64,000 bases of DNA, from assembly GCA_034408725.1 (NCBI GenBank), contig JAWXCN010000182.1, positions 32,235 to 96,234 of the forward strand, in the 5' to 3' direction. The stretch comes from Candidatus Hydrogenedentota bacterium (GTDB lineage: Bacteria > Hydrogenedentota > Hydrogenedentia > Hydrogenedentales > SLHB01). The notes under the pieces are model-generated. The model made no database searches. It worked only from the letters and a program-made list of their open reading frames with translations, and had not been told where the DNA came from. Made by a program: the position numbers and the translations under genes. Shown here one piece after another: positions 27,761-38,794 of this stretch; positions within the stretch are counted from its first letter, which is position 1, and each line of letters starts with the position of its first letter.

Positions 27761-28090
27761 TTAGTCGGGAATCTCGATTTGGATGTCCTCACCTTCGACA
27801 TGGACCCTGTACCGGCATACGCCATCTTTCGGGTCTTCGTCGCAATGTTTTACGTCAAACGACCACCCGTGCCATGGGCAGGTGACTTCCGTGCCGTCCA
27901 TCCATCCATCGGACAGAGGTCCGCCGGCATGGGGGCAGGCATCGCTAATGGCGTGAAAATTTCCGCCAACATTGAACAGCGCGATTCGATGGTTCCCGCA
28001 GGTAAAACATTTGGCCTCGCCAGCGGGAACATCGGATCGTGTGCACACGGTAACAACTTCGGTCATTTCGGCTATAACTCCATGTTTCAA
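27761..28090 (-). CDS. Rieske [2Fe-2S] ferredoxin, NirD / nitrite reductase small-subunit-like.
   Basis: CPHAGGPLSDG...CPWHGWSFD carries the CxH...CxxH Rieske ligands. The likely start is the internal MTEVVTV. Confidence 0.75.
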   Translation of the reverse strand: MKHGVIAEMTEVVTVCTRSDVPAGEAKCFTCGNHRIALFNVGGNFHAISDACPHAGGPLSDGWMDGTEVTCPWHGWSFDVKHCDEDPKDGVCRYRVHVEGEDIQIEIPD

Positions 28091-28257
28091 GCGAGGGTGG
28101 GCGGCAAGTCTAACGGGGGGTTAGGCCAACTTCAATATCGACTCACGGAATCCGCAACTGGAATCAGTAACGGTTTATATGGTGTTATAGGGAAGACCAC
28201 CCATTTTGAGAAGGTTCCATCCATTTTGGATGCCAACGAGAGGAAGGAGTTCCGCAA

Positions 28258-28860
28258 ATGCCTTACACATTGCCGGCGTTGCCCTATGGTTTTGACGCGC
28301 TGGAACCGCACATCGACGCGAAGACGATGGAAATCCACCACGGAAAGCACCATCAGGCGTACATCACCAACGTGAATGCCGCACTGGAAGGGACTGGGAT
28401 GGACGCGCACCCAATCGAGGAGGTGCTGAAGAACATCAAGGATGTACCGGAAGCCAAGCGCCAAGCCGTAATCAACAACGGGGGTGGGCACGCGAACCAC
28501 ACGTTATTCTGGCTGATTATGGCGCCAAACACCGGTGGCAAACCCGGCGGCGCGATGGCAAAGGCAATCGACGCCGACCTGGGCGGATTCGACAAGTTTC
28601 AGGAGGACTTCACCAAGGCGGGTGCAACGCGGTTCGGCAGCGGATGGGCGTGGCTCGTTGTGAACAAGGACAAGAAGCTCGAAGTCCTCAGTACCGCGAA
28701 TCAGGACTCACCCCTGATGCAGGGTCTCACGCCGATCCTCGGTATGGACGTGTGGGAACATGCCTATTATCTCAATTACCAGAACCGGCGGCCCGACTAC
28801 ATGAAGGCGTTTTTCAACGTCATCAATTGGCCGAAGGTTTCGGAGTTTTACGGCGCATAG
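28258..28860 (+). CDS. Fe/Mn superoxide dismutase.
   Basis: [40 protein letters not shown] and DVWEHAYYL. Confidence 0.9.
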   Translation: MPYTLPALPYGFDALEPHIDAKTMEIHHGKHHQAYITNVNAALEGTGMDAHPIEEVLKNIKDVPEAKRQAVINNGGGHANHTLFWLIMAPNTGGKPGGAMAKAIDADLGGFDKFQEDFTKAGATRFGSGWAWLVVNKDKKLEVLSTANQDSPLMQGLTPILGMDVWEHAYYLNYQNRRPDYMKAFFNVINWPKVSEFYGA

Positions 28861-28922
28861 TATCACCCGATTTGGCGCGCGGTCAGCACGCGGAACGCGT
28901 GTTGCCCGCGCCGCCTTTTTAT

Positions 28923-29004
28923 CGGGAGGGCGCGCGTCCCCGCGCGCTGGATTGCTCGTGGTCCGCTTGCGATTTGGCCGGCGCGCGGGGACGCGCGCCC
29001 TCCC
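28923..29004. repeat. Inverted pair of a 25-nt GC-rich element (CGGGAGGGCGCGCGTCCCCGCGCGC and its reverse complement). The pair can form a long hairpin of about 25 bp stem with a 32-nt loop. It lies upstream of the Gfo/Idh/MocA gene.
   Basis: Seen directly: copy A at 28923-28947, copy B (reverse complement) at 28980-29004. The element carries an internal small palindrome GCGCGC-gtcccc-GCGCGC. Confidence 0.6.
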
Positions 29005-29068
29005 TTGACGAAAGCGGCGGCAAACCTTCATGCTCTATGGCAACCTATAGTTCATCTTGGAGTGCAGC

Positions 29069-30304
29069 ATGCCCAACCCTCTTCCATTCACCAACGTAGA
29101 CCGCCGCGCATTTCTGAAAACGGCTGCGCTCAGTCTCGCGGGCGCGACAGTCAGTGTTGCCGCCGTAGCGGACGCCATCGGCGAAATCAAACCCTGGGAG
29201 CGAGGTACTGACAAGAAAATCCGAATCGGTATCGTGGGTGGAGGTTTCGGATGCTCGTTTCATTGGCATCAGCATCCCAATTGCGTCGTCGAGGCCGTCA
29301 GCGATCTGATCCCGGAACGGCGTGATCGCCTGATGCAGGTCTATGGATGCGGCAAATCGTATGAGTCGCTCGAAAAACTGGTTCTTGATCCGAATATTGA
29401 CGCGGTTGCCGTTTTCACGGGCGCGCCAGACCATCCTCGCCACACTATTGCTTGTTTTGAGGCGGGCAAGCACGTGATCAGCGCGTGTCCAGCGTGTCTG
29501 ACGCTCAAAGATGCTGATCGTCTGAGGGACGTGAAAGAACGCACCGGTCTGAAGTACATGACGGCCGAGACGACTTATTTTCGGTGGGAGACAATGACCG
29601 CGCGGCGCATGTATGCGGCGGGAATGTTTGGGGACCTGGTTTATACGGAAGCCGAGTATTATCACCCCATGCGGCCTGAAGAGCGCGAGGCTCTTTGGTA
29701 TCGGGACGGAAAACGCACCTGGCGGTACGGATACGCGCCGATGTTGTATCCGACCCATTCCACGGCATTCCTGGTGGGCGTCACGGGGGAACGGCTCGCG
29801 AAAGTTTCGTGCGTTGGATGGGGCGACGACGAGGCCGTTTTGAAAGACAACGCGTACAACAATCCCTATTTCAACGAGACCGGCATGTTCATAACCGATA
29901 GTGGCAAGCCTTTCAGGTGCAACGTCGGGTGGAAACTCCACGCGCACGGGGAGCGCGCGCAATGGTTCGGGACCCAGTCTGCGCTGTACATGGGCGGTTC
30001 AGGAGGCCAACCGTATTCGATGCAACTTCCGGACGAGCATATCACCGAGGTGCCGGATTATTTCCCCATGCTTCCCGAATCAATGCGTAAAGACACGGGC
30101 CACGGTTCTTCGCATCCGTTCATTACCCATGAATTTGTCACGGCGCTACTCGAAGATCGGGAGCCGGCCACGAACTTGTACGAAGCGCTTGCGTTTTGTG
30201 TGCCGGGGATCGTCGCCCACAAGTCCTCGCGCAAAGGCGGCGAACAACTCAACATACCAAGTTTCGACACCGGGAGGGCGCGCGTCCCCGCGCGCCTTTC
30301 GTAA
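29069..30304 (+). CDS. Gfo/Idh/MocA-family oxidoreductase with a twin-arginine (Tat) signal peptide.
   Basis: MPNPLPFTNVDRRAFLKTAALSLAGATVSVAA is a Tat signal. Rossmann fold IRIGIVGGGFGCSFHWHQH. The last 10 codons (GRARVPARLS) are encoded by repeat copy C. Confidence 0.8.
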   Translation: MPNPLPFTNVDRRAFLKTAALSLAGATVSVAAVADAIGEIKPWERGTDKKIRIGIVGGGFGCSFHWHQHPNCVVEAVSDLIPERRDRLMQVYGCGKSYESLEKLVLDPNIDAVAVFTGAPDHPRHTIACFEAGKHVISACPACLTLKDADRLRDVKERTGLKYMTAETTYFRWETMTARRMYAAGMFGDLVYTEAEYYHPMRPEEREALWYRDGKRTWRYGYAPMLYPTHSTAFLVGVTGERLAKVSCVGWGDDEAVLKDNAYNNPYFNETGMFITDSGKPFRCNVGWKLHAHGERAQWFGTQSALYMGGSGGQPYSMQLPDEHITEVPDYFPMLPESMRKDTGHGSSHPFITHEFVTALLEDREPATNLYEALAFCVPGIVAHKSSRKGGEQLNIPSFDTGRARVPARLS

Positions 30305-30420
30305 TCGAAGACCGCACCCGTAGACGCACGCAATCGGAACAGTGCGCGGGTACGCCAGTGTTTCCTCACGGGAGACTCTATCCGCAATCCGAATAGCGCG
30401 CGGGGGCGCGCGCCCTCCCG
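30271..30420. repeat. Second inverted pair of the same 25-nt GC-rich element, spanning the stop codon of the oxidoreductase gene.
   Basis: Copy C at 30271-30296 and copy D (reverse complement, one mismatch) at 30396-30420, with a 99-nt spacer. Confidence 0.6.
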
Positions 30421-30421
30421 T

Positions 30422-31474
30422 TTATATCCTGAAGAGTCTTATTTCGTGCGTGTTATTTGGTGTTGCGACCTCGGCGTAGATATAGAATTGATCGTCTACG
30501 CGTACCCAACTCGAGTAGCGAAAGGTGCTGAAATGCTCGTTCGGAGTCGGGCTTACCGCGAGCGGGGCGTCCGTGGTGAGTTCGATTATGTGATGAAGGT
30601 CGAAAGTGTAAGCCAGGCCGGTGGAGATATTATACACCGGGTCATACCACGATGACTTGGAGCCTTCGTATACGAACAAGTACCCCGCGCCGGTCGGAAC
30701 AACGCACGACGGCCGGACAAAAAAATCGTGCCAGCCGGACAGTTCCATGATGGGTTCATAAGGGTTGCCAACCGGCTCCCAGGTTTCGCCGTCCGTGCTG
30801 GTAAAATGAAAGATGCGCTCGTTCTTGCGGACATATCCGATCACGTAGCAATGGTACGCGCCTTCGGCATGGATGATGACCGGGTCTTTATATTCGACGG
30901 GAGGTTGGTCGCGTTCGTAAGTTTTTTCGCGCGGAGCGATAACAGGCCTGGCAGATTGGGCGATAAATTCGCACGGTGAGCCGGCATCGTCGAATTTAAT
31001 GATGCTCCAGGGCCCTCCCTGCCAAGGCCCGCACGTGTACAGCTTGAATTTCTGAGTGGCCGGATCGATGAGTAGCGCGGGGCGTTCGAAACCGGGGATA
31101 GGAACGTCTTCACGCTTAATTGAGAAATCTTTGTGAAACGTTACGCCGTCTTCGCTTCGAAGCAGCCGTATCTCGTAGCCACGAAGTCCGCGTTCTCCCT
31201 CGCCCGAGCGCATGCGGCACGCCATCCAGAATATGCCGTCCTGATCGCGAACCGCCGAGGGTGCGCCAGCCCACCATTCCGGCATGTCCTTGTCGGGTTT
31301 GACGACCACATGGCCTGGCTGCGCGAGTTGCCGGGTCAATGCGCCATAGTTCATGCCGGCAACCGGACGGCTCAAACGCGGTTGTTCGCCGTGTGCTATG
31401 ATCGTGACAAAGAATAGTATGATCGTGTGGAACAAAATGGTGTGGATAGCCAATCGAATACTCATGGTGTTCAT
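30422..31474 (-). CDS. Secreted hypothetical protein, possibly a beta-propeller glycoside-hydrolase-like fold (GH43/GH32/GH130 superfamily).
   Basis: Signal peptide MNTMSIRLAIHTILFHTIILFFVTIIAHG. Repeated W/G/D-containing blade-like segments. The fold call is tentative. Confidence 0.45.
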   Translation of the reverse strand: MNTMSIRLAIHTILFHTIILFFVTIIAHGEQPRLSRPVAGMNYGALTRQLAQPGHVVVKPDKDMPEWWAGAPSAVRDQDGIFWMACRMRSGEGERGLRGYEIRLLRSEDGVTFHKDFSIKREDVPIPGFERPALLIDPATQKFKLYTCGPWQGGPWSIIKFDDAGSPCEFIAQSARPVIAPREKTYERDQPPVEYKDPVIIHAEGAYHCYVIGYVRKNERIFHFTSTDGETWEPVGNPYEPIMELSGWHDFFVRPSCVVPTGAGYLFVYEGSKSSWYDPVYNISTGLAYTFDLHHIIELTTDAPLAVSPTPNEHFSTFRYSSWVRVDDQFYIYAEVATPNNTHEIRLFRI

Positions 31475-31528
31475 CCCCTGGAATATGGCAATTCTATCAT
31501 CTTCAAGTTTGCATCGAGGAAGAAAAGC

Positions 31529-32992
31529 ATGTGGCCAATCGCTTTTCGGCTGAATCCTATTCTATTCCCCATCCTTTTTTTGGTTTTTGCGTCTTCGTCT
31601 GACGTACGAGCTTGGGAGGCCGCAATTGTCACCGATGATGCAAGCCGGCTCAACCAGACTCGCGTCCACGAAATATGGAACATTCCAACCGATCCCGTCA
31701 AAGCAGAGGCGCAGTTAAAACAACTATTGATTCGCGCAACAGCGGAAAACCTTCCAGTATCCATCGCGGGCGCACGGCACAGCATGGGTGGACATACCAT
31801 TGCGCCCGATGGAATTGTTGTGAACATGCTCCCCTTCAACGCCATGGAACTGGATGACATGCAGAAAATTCTCCATGTGGGGTCTGGGGCGAGATGGTCT
31901 TCGGTCGTACCCTATCTCGACGCTCGTGGATATTCCGTTTGGGTGATGCAATCGAACAATGATTTTACGGTTGGAGGCTCCATTAGCGTCAACTGTCACG
32001 GCTGGCAACACAACAAACCGCCTATTGCGTCGACGGTGAAATCGTTCCGCATAATGCGCGCGGATGGTTCAATTGTTCGATGCAGCCGCGACGAGAATCA
32101 GGAACTATTTTCCCTTGCGCTTGGCGGATTCGGGTTGTTTGGCATCATTTTGGATGTCGAGCTCCGTGTTGTTCCGAATGAAGTGTATCAGCCCGTGGTG
32201 GAAATTCTGGACACTGATACCTACGTAGAGCGGTTTGAGGACAAAGTTACCACTACCGCGGACGTTGGGATGGTTTACGGGCGCCTATGCGTCGTTCCAG
32301 GAGAAGACACGTTCCTGCGGGAAGCAGTGCTTATGACTTTTATTCGAACGAAAGCCCAATCAACAGACATTCCTAAGATAGAGAAATTGGGACAGTCGAA
32401 GTTGAGGCGCGCGGTTTATCGCGCGCAGATTGGGCACAAGTCCGGCAAGGTTTTGCGCTGGAAAGCCGAAGTGTTCGCCAGCAAACGGCTGAATGACAAA
32501 GAGTTCACGCGCAATCAACTCATCAATGAAAGCGTAACGATTTTTCAAGAACGTGACGAAGACCGCACGGACATTCTGCACGAATATTTCGTGCCATATG
32601 ACCATTTCGACAGTTTTATTTCACGGGCGCAAAAAATCATTCCAAAACATGACGTCGAACTGCTGAATGTTACCGTTAGAAATGTAAAAAAAGATTCCGA
32701 TGTCTTCCTCCGGTATGCGGATCAGGATATGTTTGCGTTTGTCATGTTGTACAACATGAAGCGGACGGAACAGGCCGATGCTGCCATGCGAGGAATGACG
32801 AGTGAATTGATAGAGGCAGCCATTAGTTGCGAAGGAAGCTACTATCTGCCGTACCGGCTTCACGCCACAAAAGATCAGTTTGAATGGGCTTATCCGCGCT
32901 CCGGAGAGTTCTTTAATTTGAAACGTAAATTCGATCCAACGGAACGATTTCAAAATCAGTTCTATATCACATATGGAAAGGCAAAGCCCTGA
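31529..32992 (+). CDS. FAD-linked oxidase (PCMH-type FAD-binding domain; DprE1 / cholesterol oxidase II / gulonolactone oxidase-like), secreted. Start at MWPIAFRL.
   Basis: LPVSIAGARHSMGGHTIAPDGIVVNM and TVGGSISVNCHGW are typical of FAD-binding PCMH domains. Signal peptide PILFPILFLVFASSS. Confidence 0.65.
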   Translation: MWPIAFRLNPILFPILFLVFASSSDVRAWEAAIVTDDASRLNQTRVHEIWNIPTDPVKAEAQLKQLLIRATAENLPVSIAGARHSMGGHTIAPDGIVVNMLPFNAMELDDMQKILHVGSGARWSSVVPYLDARGYSVWVMQSNNDFTVGGSISVNCHGWQHNKPPIASTVKSFRIMRADGSIVRCSRDENQELFSLALGGFGLFGIILDVELRVVPNEVYQPVVEILDTDTYVERFEDKVTTTADVGMVYGRLCVVPGEDTFLREAVLMTFIRTKAQSTDIPKIEKLGQSKLRRAVYRAQIGHKSGKVLRWKAEVFASKRLNDKEFTRNQLINESVTIFQERDEDRTDILHEYFVPYDHFDSFISRAQKIIPKHDVELLNVTVRNVKKDSDVFLRYADQDMFAFVMLYNMKRTEQADAAMRGMTSELIEAAISCEGSYYLPYRLHATKDQFEWAYPRSGEFFNLKRKFDPTERFQNQFYITYGKAKP

Positions 32993-33110
32993 CCCGGTTG
33001 CGTCCTGTCTTTTGACAAGTTCTTCCGGCTGCTGTAGCCTGATGGGTAAGGTGCGGCGTTTGTTTTATTGGATTTATCCCGGCCCGACGCGCTTTTTCAG
33101 GAGGTATTGA

Positions 33111-35323
<2,213 letters not shown>

Positions 35324-35362
35324 ATGCGATAGACGGGACGGGAAATCGCGCGCGATTTCCCT

Positions 35363-36133
35363 TTGCTGGAAAAGGCCGGAAACATGGGCATGTCAGCCAA
35401 TAGCCCGCGAGAAGGAATTCTTCCGTTCTTCATGAGCGTGCGCGAACGGACTATCGAGTCCGAGCTTATGGATCGGCAGGACCTTGAACCCGGCTTGCGC
35501 GCGGGAGCGCTGAAAGGTCTGGAGCGCATCAACCTGCTAAGCCGCGCCGCCGGCAGTGTCTGGGGGCCTATCCGGGCATTCGCGCGCAAGCTGAATCGTC
35601 CAGTCCGAGTGCTGGACCTAGCTTGTGGCGGTGGGGACGTTGTCCTTGCGCTTTCACGCCGTGCGGCACGAAACAGATTGCCCGTCGAGATTCATGGATG
35701 CGACTTGTCCGCGGAAGCCGTCGCCTATGCAACCAAACGCTCGGGTGTTGAGCATCATCGCGTGCGATTTTTCCAATGCGACGTGCTGAACAATCCTCCG
35801 CCCGAGGGTTACGACGTAATCGTAAATACGCTGTTCATGCACCACCTCGAACATGGAGCGGCCTTGCGCGTTCTGTCGGCCTTGCGTAACGCGCGGCCGG
35901 GATTGATCGTGATCAGCGACCTGCGGCGAAGCACTGCTGGATATGCGCTCGCCCATGTCGCGTGCCGGGTGCTCACCCGAAACTACGTCGTCCATTACGA
36001 CGGGCCGCGCTCGGTGGTGTCTGCCTTCACCCCGGCAGAATTTAGCGCGCTGGCAACTCAGGCGGGCATGGCCGGCCACCGCATTCAGTCAAGTTGGCCG
36101 TTCCGGTTTCTATTTACATGGTCGCCTGCATGA
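35363..36133 (+). CDS. Class I SAM-dependent methyltransferase, SrsB-like by context.
   Basis: VLDLACGGGDVVLAL (motif I), CDLSAEAV, FQCDVLNNPPPEGYDVIVNTLFMHHLE. An N-terminal ELMD box is present. Confidence 0.7.
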   Translation: MLEKAGNMGMSANSPREGILPFFMSVRERTIESELMDRQDLEPGLRAGALKGLERINLLSRAAGSVWGPIRAFARKLNRPVRVLDLACGGGDVVLALSRRAARNRLPVEIHGCDLSAEAVAYATKRSGVEHHRVRFFQCDVLNNPPPEGYDVIVNTLFMHHLEHGAALRVLSALRNARPGLIVISDLRRSTAGYALAHVACRVLTRNYVVHYDGPRSVVSAFTPAEFSALATQAGMAGHRIQSSWPFRFLFTWSPA

Positions 36134-37299
36134 ACACGATTTCATGGAACGAGGCCCGCCACTTCACCTGGGACGCCATCGTAATCGGCGCTGGCTGCGC
36201 AGGTGCAATCGTTGCCCGGCAACTGGCCAAAGGTGGCCGGCGTGCGTTGCTCGTTGACCGCGCGCAGTTCCCCCGATACAAGGTTTGCGGCTGCTGTCTT
36301 GGAACGGCGGCGCAGGAAACTTTGGCATCGATCGGTTTGGGTAACTTGCTAACAACGAGCGGGGCGGTAAAGACCAACGCCATGATCGCGGCGTCTGCCG
36401 GGCGTCGCGTGCGTATACCTCTGCCGGACTATGCAGTGTTATCGCGCGAGCGCCTGGATTTGGAACTCGTGCAATCTGCAATTGACGAAGGCGTTTCATT
36501 CCTGCCAGGCACGACGGCAAAACGCGAACAATCGCCGGTCGAGCATCAGGTGGTCTCACTTCGATGCGCTGATGAAAGCGTGAAAGCGACCGGAAAAATT
36601 ATCATTGCCGCTGATGGACTCGGGGGCGGGCTAATGGAAGAACGCCATCAAGCACGTTTGCGAATGACGCGCTCCCGTGTGGGCGCGGGGGCAGTCAGCA
36701 TCGCGGCGCCGCTTGCGTATGAACCGGGCGTTGTCTACATGGCGTGCGGTCGCGCGGGATATGTTGGCGTCTGCCGATTGGAAGATGGCCGCACAACGAT
36801 AGCGGCGGCAATGGACGTTGCTTTTGTGAAAGATTCCCAGGGCCTTGCAAACGCGGCGCGGCGTCTCCTCAATGACGCGGGATTCTCCACGATCCCTGAT
36901 ATCAACGATATTGTTTGGAAAGGCACGCCGTTACTTACCCAACGTCCCGCGGCAGTCGCTGGTCACCGCACGTTTCTCGTGGGCGACTCCGCCGGTTACG
37001 TCGAACCGTTTACCGGAGAGGGAATGAAATGGGCGCTGACGTCCGCGGTGGCGCTTGCGCCGATTGCGTCCGCGGCCAGCGAGAACTATTCACGCGAACA
37101 CGAACACGCATGGAGGATGGCGCACCGGAATGTTGTCTCCAGCCGGACGCGCACCTGCATCGCGCTTTCCGCGGCCCTGCGGCGCCCGTGGATCGTAAGC
37201 GCCGCGATCCGGGTCATCTCCATCAGGCCAGGAGTCGCCGGGCCGTTCGTACGCAAGATCAATGCACCCGTTTCGATACAGAAGGGAATTCACCCGTGA
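36130..37299 (+). CDS. FAD-dependent oxidoreductase / monooxygenase, SrsC-like by context. Its ATG overlaps the methyltransferase stop (ATGA).
   Basis: WDAIVIGAGCAGAIVARQLAKGGRRALLVDRAQFPRYKVCGCCLG is an FAD-binding GxGxxG fold of the geranylgeranyl reductase/halogenase type. DGLGG motif later. Confidence 0.7.
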   Translation: MNTISWNEARHFTWDAIVIGAGCAGAIVARQLAKGGRRALLVDRAQFPRYKVCGCCLGTAAQETLASIGLGNLLTTSGAVKTNAMIAASAGRRVRIPLPDYAVLSRERLDLELVQSAIDEGVSFLPGTTAKREQSPVEHQVVSLRCADESVKATGKIIIAADGLGGGLMEERHQARLRMTRSRVGAGAVSIAAPLAYEPGVVYMACGRAGYVGVCRLEDGRTTIAAAMDVAFVKDSQGLANAARRLLNDAGFSTIPDINDIVWKGTPLLTQRPAAVAGHRTFLVGDSAGYVEPFTGEGMKWALTSAVALAPIASAASENYSREHEHAWRMAHRNVVSSRTRTCIALSAALRRPWIVSAAIRVISIRPGVAGPFVRKINAPVSIQKGIHP

Positions 37300-38387
37300 A
37301 TCGATTTACAATTTTCGGACAAGGCATTGCTGTTCCGCGCTATTCGATTGGCATCGACGAAGCCGTCGCGTACGCAAAAAAAGGGTTTTGTGAAACCGAG
37401 GAACAAGGCCGGCAATTGACCCTGCTCTATCGAATGACCGGGGTGCAGCGGCGTCATACCGTGGTGCTTGATGGGCCGGAAGAAATGTCGGACCGCCATT
37501 CGTTTTTCCCGCCTCCAAACGGCGCGATGCAGCAGGGCCCGTCCATTCGCGCACGCATGGAAAAATACGAAAATGAATCGCTTCCGCTTGCAGTTACGGC
37601 CTCGCGCGCGGCGCTCGAAGAAGCGCGCATGAAGCCCGGACAAATTACGCACCTTGTGACGGTTTCATGCAGCGGATTCGCCGCGCCCGGCGTGGATATA
37701 GGCTTGATCAAACAGCTTGGCTTGCCTCTGACCTGCCAACGCACCCATGTTGGGTTTATGGGGTGTCACGGGGCACTGAACGCTCTGCGTGTCGCTCGAG
37801 GGTTTGTCGAGAGCGATCCGAACGCCCGCGTTCTGTTGTGCGCCGTCGAACTGTGCAGTCTGCATTATCACTATGGGTGGAACCCCGATCAGCTTGTTGC
37901 GAATGCATTATTTGCGGATGGCTCCGCCGCAATTGTTGGTGGCGCCTCAGAAGAAAACTCGGATGACTGGCAAATTCACGGCACCGGTTCCTGTTTGGTA
38001 CCGGACTCGGAAGACGCTATGACGTGGCGCATCGGCAACAATGGTTTCATCATGTCGCTTTCATCGCGCGTGCCGGAACTGATTGGCAGCCATCTGCGCC
38101 CGTGGATGGAATCCTGGCTCGAACAACATGGCCTGACCATTGACGCGGTGAAATCGTGGGCGGTTCATCCCGGCGGACCGCGCATCCTCGGTTCAGTGGT
38201 GAAGGCACTCGGCCTGCCCAAGGACGCCGTGGATGTGTCGAAAGAAGTGCTCAAGAATCATGGCAATATGTCGTCACCGACCATTCTGTTTATTCTGAAC
38301 CGCCTTCGCGAGGCTTGCGCGCCACGGCCATGCGTTGCGCTGGGCTTCGGACCCGGCTTAATGGCCGAAGCGACGTTGTTTGCGTAA
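37296..38387 (+). CDS. Type III polyketide synthase (chalcone/stilbene synthase family). Its GTG start overlaps the upstream stop (GTGA).
   Basis: Catalytic triad contexts: VSCSGFAAPG (Cys), WAVHPGGPRIL (His), GNMSSPTILFIL (Asn). The track's 490-aa ORF (36915..38387) has its N-terminus in the out-of-frame overlap with the flavoprotein gene. Confidence 0.85.
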   Translation: MNRFTIFGQGIAVPRYSIGIDEAVAYAKKGFCETEEQGRQLTLLYRMTGVQRRHTVVLDGPEEMSDRHSFFPPPNGAMQQGPSIRARMEKYENESLPLAVTASRAALEEARMKPGQITHLVTVSCSGFAAPGVDIGLIKQLGLPLTCQRTHVGFMGCHGALNALRVARGFVESDPNARVLLCAVELCSLHYHYGWNPDQLVANALFADGSAAIVGGASEENSDDWQIHGTGSCLVPDSEDAMTWRIGNNGFIMSLSSRVPELIGSHLRPWMESWLEQHGLTIDAVKSWAVHPGGPRILGSVVKALGLPKDAVDVSKEVLKNHGNMSSPTILFILNRLREACAPRPCVALGFGPGLMAEATLFA

Positions 38388-38446
38388 ATAGTTCTGCCAA
38401 TTTTAACGAGTGTGACGAGGATAGGGAACGTTTAGTAGAATTAAAC

Positions 38447-38718
38447 ATGAACACGGAAAAATAGCATGGAACTTCCAACATTCGTACATGCGCTAATTGA
38501 TCTTCACCTGAAAACCGGACGGTACTCGTCCGCAGAAGAAGTATTGAGACAAAGCTTTTGAAGCATTAGCGGAGCGGGAGTTGGATGACGACGAAATTCG
38601 AGCAGAATTACAGGTAAGCCTTGACGAATTGGATCGAGGAAAGGGCGTTCCCGCGGATGAAGTCTTCGCCTTCCTGCGGGATCGTCACGAAAAATTTACG
38701 AGTAACCGCCAACCCTGA
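38447..38718 (+). pseudogene. ParD-family (RHH, COG3609) type II antitoxin relic with two apparent frameshifts. No toxin partner is present.
   Basis: Three frames pieced together give MNTE(N)SMELPTFVHALIDLHLKTGRYSSAEEVLRQSF / EALAERELDDDEIRAELQVSLDELDRGKGVPADEVFAFLRDRHEKF, which parallels ParD consensus (..SGRYGSASEVIREALRLLEEREAK...LRAAL.EG..SG.A...F.). The frame breaks sit in an aaaaa run (about 38460) and a tttt run (about 38555). Confidence 0.55.
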
Positions 38719-38794
38719 AACGATGCGTACCCTCGCCGTTTACCGCGGGACGGCGATTGTCCCGAATTTATCAACATTGGAAACGACAAGAAAT

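Noticed and set aside
28644-29099. 151-aa plus-strand ORF running through the GC-rich repeat region (translates as ...GARPRALDCSWSACDLAGARGRAPSLDE...).
   Set aside because: This is the repeat element translated in a GC-rich frame. The real gene (Tat oxidoreductase) starts at 29069 in another frame.
28923-30420. Possibility that the GC-rich repeats are a CRISPR array.
   Set aside because: Only four copies, arranged as inverted pairs rather than direct repeats with unique spacers, and no cas genes.
36915-38387. Track ORF of 490 aa starting at 36915.
   Set aside because: Its first 127 codons lie out of frame inside the flavoprotein gene and show no protein-like sequence. The conserved type III PKS N-terminus begins at the GTG at 37296, which overlaps the upstream stop.
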